A stretch of 63,851 bases of DNA, counting the filler, from Octopus bimaculoides (taxonomy: Eukaryota), in assembly GCF_001194135.2 (NCBI RefSeq). It is 7 parts of 6 records of this genome, joined end to end, with 100 filler letters (N's around TTAATTAATTAA, not from the genome) between each part and the next. Parts side by side here need not be neighbours in the genome. Positions count along the whole stretch, not along the records: positions 53,295 to 61,229 come from NC_069005.1; positions 61,330 to 63,851 come from NC_068985.1; 5 more parts are not named here. One strand, 5' to 3'. Below, in pieces: positions 55,440-63,851 of this stretch. A model generated the notes under the pieces. The model saw nothing but the letters and a program-made list of their open reading frames with translations. It ran no database searches and had not been told where the DNA came from. The position numbers and the translations under genes were made by a program. Every line of letters begins with the position of its first letter. The first letter of the stretch is position 1.

Positions 55440-55557
55440 CTACCACTGGACAATGACACCACACACGCCCCCACAAGGACACCACACACCACCAGGAACT
55501 GAACTCACAACGTTACAATCATGAGTCGAATACTCTAACAACTAGGTCCAGCACCAA
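55440..55557 (-). mobile_element. SINE head fragment (family D-like)
   Basis: aggaactgaactcacaac.ttacaatcatgagtc..atactctaacaactag. Confidence 0.5.
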
Positions 55558-55612
55558 GGGTACTGAGTGGACTCGCTTTTCATAGTGGAATAGTTTCTGG
55601 AATTTCATTTTT

Positions 55613-56250
55613 ATTCTTTTACTTGTTTCAGCCATTTGACTGTGGCCATGCTGGAGCACTGCCTTTAGTCAAACAAACTGACCCCCAGGACTTATTCTCT
55701 GTAAACATAGTACTTATTCTATCAGTCACCTTGGCCAAACCGCTAAGTTACGGGGGATGTCAACACATCAGCATCAGTTGTCAAATGATGGTGGGGGCAT
55801 GTGACAAACACAGACACACACATATACATGACTGGCTTCTTTCAGTTTCTCTACTAAATCCACTCACAAGGCTTTGGTTGGCCTGAGGCTATAATAGAAG
55901 ACACTTGTCCAGGGTGCCATGCAGTGGGACTGAACCCAGAGTCATTTGGTTGGCAAGCAAGCTACACCTGCACCTTCCATACAATGCAGCTTTTATAACT
56001 GATTTGTTTCAGTCATTAGACTGCGGCCATGCTGGGGCACAGCTTTGAAGAATTTTAGTTGAATGAAATAACCCCAGTACTTATTTTTCTTAAAGCCTTC
56101 TACTTATTCTATCAGTTTCTTTTACCAAACTGCTAAGTTACGAGGATATGAACACAACACTGGTTGTCAAGCAGTTCTGGGGACCAACACTGGCACAAAA
56201 ACACACACACACACACACACACATATAAATAAATAAATATACAACACACA
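55613..56250 (-). mobile_element. Two adjacent SINE family B copies (one full, one 3' half)
   Basis: 55613-55974 and 56003-56250 both begin ttgtttcagtcatt.gactg.ggccatgctgg. Confidence 0.8.
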
Positions 56251-56253
56251 CAC

Positions 56254-56284
<31 letters not shown>

Positions 56285-56584
56285 NNNNNNNNNNNNNNNN
56301 NNNNNNNNNNNNNNNNNNNNNNNNNNNNNNNNNNNNNNNNNNNNNNNNNNNNNNNNNNNNNNNNNNNNNNNNNNNNNNNNNNNNNNNNNNNNNNNNNNNN
56401 NNNNNNNNNNNNNNNNNNNNNNNNNNNNNNNNNNNNNNNNNATGAACACAACACTGGTTGTCAAGCAGTTCTGGGGACCAACACTGGCACAAAAACACAC
56501 ACACACACACACACACATATAAATAAATAAATATACAACACACACACGTATATATATATATATATAAATATAAATATAAATATA

Positions 56585-56818
56585 AATATATATTGATAGA
56601 AAAGGTAAGACAACAAAAAAAAAAAAGAAAAAAGAAAGAAAGAGACCTCGATATTATGTAAATAGAGGAATTTATCTGTAAATAATATGTGACAATTATT
56701 CGGTAGCCATGATAAAACTCCAAGTTTCGGATGTCAGGGCAGAAACCCATGCCGCCATCTCTTCAGTTACCTGGCCATCGAGAAAATGCATACCAAATAA
56801 TTGTCACATATTATTTAC
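56585..56818 (-). mobile_element. Probable Penelope-like non-autonomous fragment (hammerhead plus inverted terminal duplication)
   Basis: 28-bp inverted repeat, 56678-56705 versus 56791-56818 (one mismatch), brackets the hammerhead. Confidence 0.5.
56704..56777 (-). ncRNA. Type I hammerhead ribozyme motif (complete core)
   Basis: Minus strand reads UGGCCA-GGUAA CUGAAGA GAUGGC-GGCA[UGGGUUUC]UGCC-CU-GACAUC-C GAAA CU[UGG]AG-U U UUAUC-A-UGGCUA. Helix I is 11 bp with one bulge, helix III is 3 bp, the cleavage triplet is GUU, and the predicted cut is between 56716 and 56715. Confidence 0.75.
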
Positions 56819-56847
56819 TGATATATATATATATATATAAATATATA

Positions 56848-56996
56848 TAGGTTTCTTTCAGTTTCCGTCTATCAACTCCACTTACAAGGTCTTGGTTGGA
56901 TCAAGGCTACAGCAGAAGACACTTGCCCAAGATGCCACACAGTGGGACTGATCCCAGAACCATGTGGCTTGGAAGAGAGTTTCTTACCATAGAGCA
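56848..56996 (-). mobile_element. SINE family B 5' half
   Basis: ggtttctttcagtttccgtct...gaagacacttgcccaag...gtgggactga. Confidence 0.75.
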
Positions 56997-58268
56997 ACAC
57001 ATGTAGTACACACATTCTATTGTCACAGGCCAATAGAAAGAGGTTGTGAGAAACTAATTTGCATGTTATTAGCATGTTACATCAACAGCTTGTGAGGCAA
57101 AAATTTAATCTGTGCAGTTGGGGTTAAAATTGTAGAGTATGAGTTAAAGGAGATTTCACTGCTATTTCAGGCAGGCTGAGTAGCCATGTGGAGGAGGCCA
57201 CAATGGTCATTTCTGCATGTTTGTTTGAGTGTGTGTATATATGTTAAGCTGCCAAAGTGTACATTTGTCTGCTTATGCTTGTGTGTGTGTGTGTTATTTC
57301 TTTACTACCCACAAGGGGCTACACACAGNNNNNNNNNNNNNNNNNNNNNNNNNNNNNNNNNNNNNNNNNNNNNNNNNNNNNNNNNNNNNNNNNNNNNNNN
57401 NNNNNNNNNNNNNNNNNNNNNNNNNNNNNNNNNNNNNNNNNNNNNNNNNNNNNNNNNNNNNNNNNNNNNNNNNNNNNNNNNNNNNNNNNNNNNNNNNNNN
57501 NNNNNNNNNNNNNNNNNNNNNNNNNNNNNNNNNNNNNNNNNNNNNNNNNNNNNNNNNNNNNNNNNNNNNNNNNNNNNNNNNNNNNNNNNNNNNNNNNNNN
57601 NNNNNNNNNNNNNNNNNNNNNNNNNNNNNNNNNNNNNNNNNNNNNNNNNNNNNNNNNNNNNNNNNNNNNNNNNNNNNNNNNNNNNNNNNNNNNNNNNNNN
57701 NNNNNNNNNNNNNNNNNNNNNNNNNNNNNNNNNNNNNNNNNNNNNNNNNNNNNNNNNNNNNNNNNNNNNNNNNNNNNNNNNNNNNNNNNNNNNNNNNNNN
57801 NNNNNNNNNNNNNNNNNNNNNNNNNNNNNNNNNNNNNNNNNNNNNNNNNNNNNNNNNNNNNNNNNNNNNNNNNNNNNNNNNNNNNNNNNNNNNNNNNNNN
57901 NNNNNNNNNNNNNNNNNNNNNNNNNNNNNNNNNNNNNNNNNNNNNNNNNNNNNNNNNNNNNNNNNNNNNNNNNNNNNNNNNNNNNNNNNNNNNNNNNNNN
58001 NNNNNNNNNNNNNNNNNNNNNNNNNNNNNNNNNNNNNNNNNNNNNNNNNNNNNNNNNNNNNNNNNNNNNNNNNNNNNNNNNNNNNNNNNNNNNNNNNNNN
58101 NNNNNNNNNNNNNNNNNNNNNNNNNNAGAGAGAGAGAGAGAGAGAGAGAAATATTAAAATATCATGTCAAATAAGTCAGCACTGAATCAGCAGTGCAAAA
58201 TCAGTGGTGGTGCCAGATTAGCAGGGTCAAAAGGTCTCATACCCATCTGTTCATGTGATCCCAAGCGG

Positions 58269-58485
58269 TCATGAGTTCATGTTGAACTCTCGATTCAGCA
58301 GTTCTAGGTCAAATTTATCACAGGCATCGTGTAAATCCATTCGGTTCATTATAGTTAGTGTCATGCGTAGGGTCCCCCAGATGTTCATGGACATCACCTG
58401 TCTGGAGGTGTTCATAGAGGCAGGCATCAAATCCTCCGACTTACGTTGCATGTTCAGCGCCACCAAGAAGTGTTCAATGGCTGAT
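58269..58485 (-). CDS. PEX5: PEX5 terminal coding exon including TGA stop
   Basis: Acceptor gttttgcag|A. Phase fits the previous exon (CA+A = Gln). Translates SAIEHFLVALNMQRKSEDLMPASMNTSRQVMSMNIWGTLRMTLTIMNRMDLHDACDKFDLELLNREFNMNS*, similar to the human PEX5 C-terminus EAVEHFLEALNMQRK...MSENIWSTLRLAL. Confidence 0.95.
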
Positions 58486-58742
58486 CTGCAAAACAAAAAA
58501 AGGTGGAGTTGGGGGTAAAGTCACTAAATTAGGGCATTTCTCCAAAAATTAAATTAACCCTTTAGCAACCAGATTAATCTATCAAATGTATTTATCCATA
58601 AGTGAAAAATCTAAATAGTGTAAAGCCATCTGTGGAACATAAGTGATGTATTTGCCAAGTGTGAACGAAATTGGATGAAAAATATTGTTATGTGAGATCA
58701 ACGTAATGGTCAGTCACATATATACACACACATCTTCTATCT

Positions 58743-58795
<53 letters not shown>

Positions 58796-58896
58796 TGTAT
58801 GTATAAATATATTCACACAAAAATACATACATACATAANNNNNNNNNNACACACATGTATGTATAAATATATTCACACAAAAATACATACATACAT

Positions 58897-59212
58897 AAAG
58901 ACCCCCTTTGGTTGTGAATGTCCCCTCCAAGACACAAGTACGGGCAAGGTTGTTTTTTATGAAAGACTAGCAGTCACCCATGCATACCAATCTCCCCTCT
59001 ACATGGCACTGATGCTATCCAAGGGTAAGGTAAAGGCCAATACAGCTTGGAACCAGTGACATCATAACTCATTTCTACAGCTGAGTGAACTGGAGCAATG
59101 TGAAGTAAAGTATTTTGCTCAAGAACACAGCACACAGCCTAGTCTGGGAATTGAACTTGCTATCTCATGATTCTGAGCCCAATGCTCTAACCACTGACCC
59201 ATGTGCCTCCAC
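58897..59212 (-). mobile_element. SINE family D copy in PEX5 last intron
   Basis: Reverse complement aligns to 38372-38708. Confidence 0.85.
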
Positions 59213-59288
59213 CTCATATACATATATACACACACACACGTATTATATATATGTGTGTATACATATATAAGCATGTGTGTGTGTTAGT

Positions 59289-59501
59289 GAAGGCCAATGG
59301 CTCAGTGGTTAGAGTGTTGAACTTACGATTGTGAGGTTGTGAGTTTGATTCCCGGACCGGGCTGCGTGTTGTGCTCTTGAGCAAGACACTTTATTTCATG
59401 TTGCTTCAGTTCACTCAGCTTTAGAAATGAGTTGCGACGTCACAGGTGCCAAGCTGTATCCGCCTTTGCCTTTTCCCTTGGATAACATCGGTGGCACGGA
59501 G
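59289..59501 (+). mobile_element. SINE family D copy in PEX5 last intron (cut by gap)
   Basis: Aligns to 38372-38585. Confidence 0.85.
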
Positions 59502-59659
59502 NNNNNNNNNNNNNNNNNNNNNNNNNNNNNNNNNNNNNNNNNNNNNNNNNNNNNNNNNNNNNNNNNNNNNNNNNNNNNNNNNNNNNNNNNNNNNNNNNNN
59601 NNNNNNNNNNNNNNNNNNNNNNNNNNNNNNNNNNNNNNNNNNNNNNNNNNNNNNNNNNN

Positions 59660-59889
59660 GTGACAAGGCTGACCCTTTGAATTACAGGCACAACAGAAAC
59701 AGGAAGTAAGAGTGAGAGAAAGTTGTGGTGGAAGAGTACAGCAGGGTTCGCCACCATCCCCTGCCGGAGCCTCGTGGAGCTTTTAGGTGTTTTCGCTCAA
59801 TAAACACTCACAACACCCGGTTTGGGAATCGAAACCGCGATCCTATGACCAAGAGTCCACTGACCTAACCACTGGGCCATTGTGCCTCC
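59660..59889 (-). mobile_element. SINE family A copy in PEX5 last intron
   Basis: Matches 10560-10786. Confidence 0.85.
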
Positions 59890-60081
59890 ACATGTACATA
59901 TATACAGAGAAGTAAACAACTAAAAAATAAAATATAATATAAAAGAAACAAGACTGTTTCATCATGTGTCTTAGTTTCTGAAATACCAAAAAGAAAAAAG
60001 AAAAAAGAAAAGTGAAAGAGATACAAGACAAAGTAGAGTAGACAGAAGAACAGATATGTTGAATACACAAAATATACTTAC

Positions 60082-60239
60082 TGGTGCACACCGAGATTGA
60101 TGCAGGCTATACCCAGGTTGTAACGGGAGCGGATGAAGCCAGGGGATAGCTGAAGTGCATGATGGTAAGCTTCTACAGCCTGTTCGCTCTTGTTGCTGTT
60201 TGCAAGAGATGCTCCGAGTTTATTCCACAGCTGGGCATC
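60082..60239 (-). CDS. PEX5: PEX5 penultimate coding exon (TPR repeats of the PTS1 receptor)
   Basis: Acceptor ttcttttctag|GAT and donor CA|gtaagt; 158 nt. Translates [52 protein letters not shown], matching the PEX5 motif LWNKLGATLAN...[16 protein letters not shown]. Not in the ORF track. Confidence 0.95.
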
Positions 60240-60272
60240 CTAGAAAAGAAGGAAAATTTTCCATGGCTTTAA

Positions 60273-60775
60273 CCCTTTTGATACCAACTCGCCCAAACCT
60301 GTCCCTGGTTCTATGATATAAACCAGGGGTTTTCAAACTTTTTGACTTGCGGACCCCTTTATATTTCAGGCTTTACCTTAGGGACCCCCTTATAAATGCT
60401 TATGAAATTTATACATAAATATTTGCTTAAAATAATGTATATTTTTACATTTATTTATTTAACAAATAGGTTTATTTTCAATTAAAAGATTTCGATTAAA
60501 AAACATATATAAAATCAAATTGCCCATAAAAAGTATTTGCTGTCTACGGACCCCCTGTCTTGTCCTTGCGGACCCCCTGTGGTCCGGGGACCACAGTTTG
60601 AAAACCCCTGGTTTTAAAGTAATCTAAGTCAAAATCTTCCACCCAAATTTCAGGTTAATTTATGTTTCTGATAACAGTTCAATAATGGCAGTTATTTGAG
60701 TAAATTTTTCAATTAGTTTTACAATTAATTGAAACAAAGTTGGTCTATTTCAACAGAAATATGGTAATGAAAGGG
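60273..60775. mobile_element. piggyBac-type MITE in PEX5 intron
   Basis: TTAA on both sides (60269-60272 and 60776-60779); ends CCCTTTTGATACCA / CCCTTTCATTACCA (11/14). Confidence 0.75.
60324..60610. mobile_element. hAT (Charlie-like) MITE nested in the piggyBac-type MITE
   Basis: Perfect 16-bp TIR CAGGGGTTTTCAAACT; subterminal GGACCCCC repeats; no recognisable TSD. Confidence 0.85.
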
Positions 60776-60875
60776 TTAAAAAACAATTATCACCATAATC
60801 ATCATCACCACCACAACCATCATCACTATCATTATCACCATCACCATCATTATCAGACACACACATACATATATA

Positions 60876-61041
60876 TACGACGGGTTTCTTTCAGTTTCCG
60901 TCTACCAAATCCATTCACAAGGCTTTGGGTCGGCCCGAGGCTATAGTAAAAGACACTTGCCCAAGGTGTCACACAGTGGGACTGAACCCAGAATCAAGTG
61001 GCTCTTAACCAAGCTACTTACCACACAGCCACTACTACGCC

Positions 61042-61042
<1 letters not shown>
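60876..61042 (-). mobile_element. SINE family B 5' half in PEX5 intron
   Basis: Same motif series as other family B copies. Confidence 0.8.
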
Positions 61043-61073
<31 letters not shown>

Positions 61074-61098
61074 CATACATACATAATTATATTATGTA

Positions 61099-61229
61099 CT
61101 AGCAGAAATACCCGGCGTTGCCCGGGTTAAAGAGAATAATGAAATCTAAAAACGCCGTCTAGACTACGCAACCCTCAACTGTTAGTAGCTACGATACCAT
61201 ATTTCTACATTAATACCTCTCCAATCCAT
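61099..61229 (-). mobile_element. Helitron 3' end
   Basis: Minus strand CCCGG-GCAACG-CCGGG hairpin, 8 nt, then CTAG|T; runs into a gap. Confidence 0.7.
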
Positions 61230-62310
61230 NNNNNNNNNNNNNNNNNNNNNNNNNNNNNNNNNNNNNNNNNNNNTTAATTAATTAANNNNNNNNNNNNNNN
61301 NNNNNNNNNNNNNNNNNNNNNNNNNNNNNATATATATATATATATATACATTTATATCCACCCGGAGACAAACCAATATTATTGCAATTTCCTTGTGAAA
61401 CATGCCTGTATACACAACTAGCACAAGTACATCTTTATATTCCCTAATCATTAGTTAAAACATAATGTATATCTATAGTTTGCCCACTCCAGTGGGAAAG
61501 CTTTAGAAATTTTGAATGGTATTTTTCATAAGAATTATCTAAAATTATTTTTCTGTATCTTTATACGCAGAATTATGTATTTAGCTATATTTAATGTAGC
61601 TATATCAACAGTTAACATTTTTACAGGATATATAAGGAATATCTTTTATAGGATTTTTTTTTGTAAATTTCATATTTTTTACACTTTGCTATGTGCTTAT
61701 ATCCTGAATCTAATAAATCCCATTTTGTCTAAGCCTCAAATAGAACTATAATTGGATTGAAGATCGAGAATGGAAAATAAGTAATCTCTCAGATAAATTA
61801 GAATAAATTTTTTATACATTACTTAAATCTACGCGGCCTTCCCTTTGCTTAAATGCCACTCCCATCTCCTTCAAAATACCAGCCATGGGGCGCTATTCAG
61901 TACCAGTATTGCTAGAAATAATAGTCCAAACAACTCATAGCCACAATAAGCACCATCTTATTGTTTGACAAGGGAGGTAACTCCCTAAACACCTAACATA
62001 GGCAGATCACCAGTGTTTTCGCAGTTAGGTCTATTGCGTGTCAGTGGCTCTTACCGACGTTTTGGGTTAAAAACAACTTCCCTTGTCAGCTTATAAGCTC
62101 ACGGTAGATATCATACACTGACTTCATAAATGGTAAAGGTGTAAATTATGAAAAATGAGGGTAGATTGTTATCAATTTTTCAACCGAAAATCAAAAATAT
62201 ATACGTCACTCTGAGGACGCTATTGATCACCAGTATGTCTAGAAATAAGAATAAAAAGTAACTCATGTATATACATACATACATGCATACATACATACAT
62301 ACATACATAC

Positions 62311-62765
<455 letters not shown>

Positions 62766-62780
62766 AATATAAACTTTTTC

Positions 62781-62853
62781 TACCTCTAGCGGGACATGAA
62801 CCCGTAATACCCGGCTTAGGAAGCCGGCGCCTTATCCACTGGGCTATATGTAT
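62781..62853 (-). pseudogene. tRNA-Arg(CCT) pseudogene
   Basis: TA GCCC AGTGGATA AGGC G CCGGC TT CCT AA GCCGG GTATT ACGGG TTCATGT CCCGC TAGAGGT A. D and anticodon arms are intact, the T-loop is mutated, and the 5' acceptor strand is replaced by AT-repeat sequence. Confidence 0.75.
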
Positions 62854-63639
62854 ATATATTTGTAAACGAAAAAGAATAATAGAAATGACAGTGGTAAATC
62901 GAATGTGTGGATTTGGCGAAAGGGAAAATATAATTCGAATAAGACAAAGAAACAATTAATTTAGCCCATCTTAAATGACCATTTACAAGTGTTTTGGTAC
63001 CACCCTGTTGTTTGCGACACTGCACGCAAATGTTCCATGTGAAAAATTACAAAATATTTGTAGTTTTAGAAAAAGAGTGGCGCTTGATCAAACTTGCATC
63101 ACAAACTGTGATCTTACATCGTGTGTCTGTCATGCGTAGGATATCATTGAAATTTTGATAGAAACCAAATCACTGTGACGTTACTCAAAACTGCAATAAG
63201 CTTGTAAATATATGTCTATGGGAAATTGTTGATGGATCCTGAGTAACGATGTAACCGGGTGTATTAGCCATAAGGCATTTTGCAGATCAATACATCTTTC
63301 TAAGAAGAGGGCCATGTGATGTGAGGAAGTGTGATGCGACTAATATCGTTTATTTTAGCTTCTGATTATTGTATTTTCTTGAAGCGCTTCAATAGTCTTT
63401 GTGAACAGATACTAATTATAATTTCCATTTAGGGTAATTATACAAATTAGTAGACTCGAAAAAGAGCATATTTTCTCGGTCTGTGTAAATAAGTATGGAT
63501 AACATGTTTATCTACTTTCATTAAACATACAGACAACGAAATACACACATACAGGACATGCATATACGTACACAGACCATCGAATATGTGTGTATGCGTA
63601 TGTATATATAAATATCTGTCTCTCTCTCTTCCTATGTGC

Positions 63640-63675
<36 letters not shown>

Positions 63676-63851
63676 AAAATAAAATGTAGATAATGCAGAC
63701 ATGACGTGAGTGATGTGAGAAAAAGTAAACAATCTCATAGAAATACATACTATATTTATAGATTTCCAGCATCATGATATGTAGAATATGAAAACAAGAA
63801 TTTTTGCCTAAATCTACTTTGGACGGAAACGGTATTTAACAAAAAAAAAAA

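Noticed and set aside
56150-56560. Exact duplication on both sides of a gap (similar cases at 58790-58895, 36180-36270 and 18340-18500)
   Set aside because: Identical or near-identical sequence flanking short N-runs is most simply unmerged contig overlap.
58554-58570. TTAACCCTTTAGC, a piggyBac-like end near the last PEX5 acceptor
   Set aside because: No matching opposite end found, so it cannot be called an element.

Overview
AT-rich, gap-riddled animal genomic DNA that is mostly repeats: microsatellites, tRNA-derived SINEs, LINE fragments, Tc1/mariner, hAT and piggyBac-type elements, and Helitron ends. The SINE families look like those of octopus/coleoid cephalopods (inference from recognition, not a database search). 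The only host gene I can support is PEX5 (peroxisomal PTS1 receptor, TPR C-terminus). Its last two coding exons lie on the minus strand (60082-60239 and 58269-58485), and its upstream exons must lie beyond the window. Almost all ORFs in the supplied track are microsatellite or N-gap artefacts. The most interesting signal is RNA-level: several type I hammerhead-ribozyme-like motifs of the kind carried by Penelope-like elements and retrozymes. One is complete, sits on the PEX5 strand about 1.5 kb past its stop codon and is flanked by a 28-bp inverted repeat. A variant family with a non-canonical NUGAUUA core occurs once per unit in a 326-bp tandem repeat and again in a head-to-head hairpin. All of this was read by eye; activity, copy number and novelty are untested.
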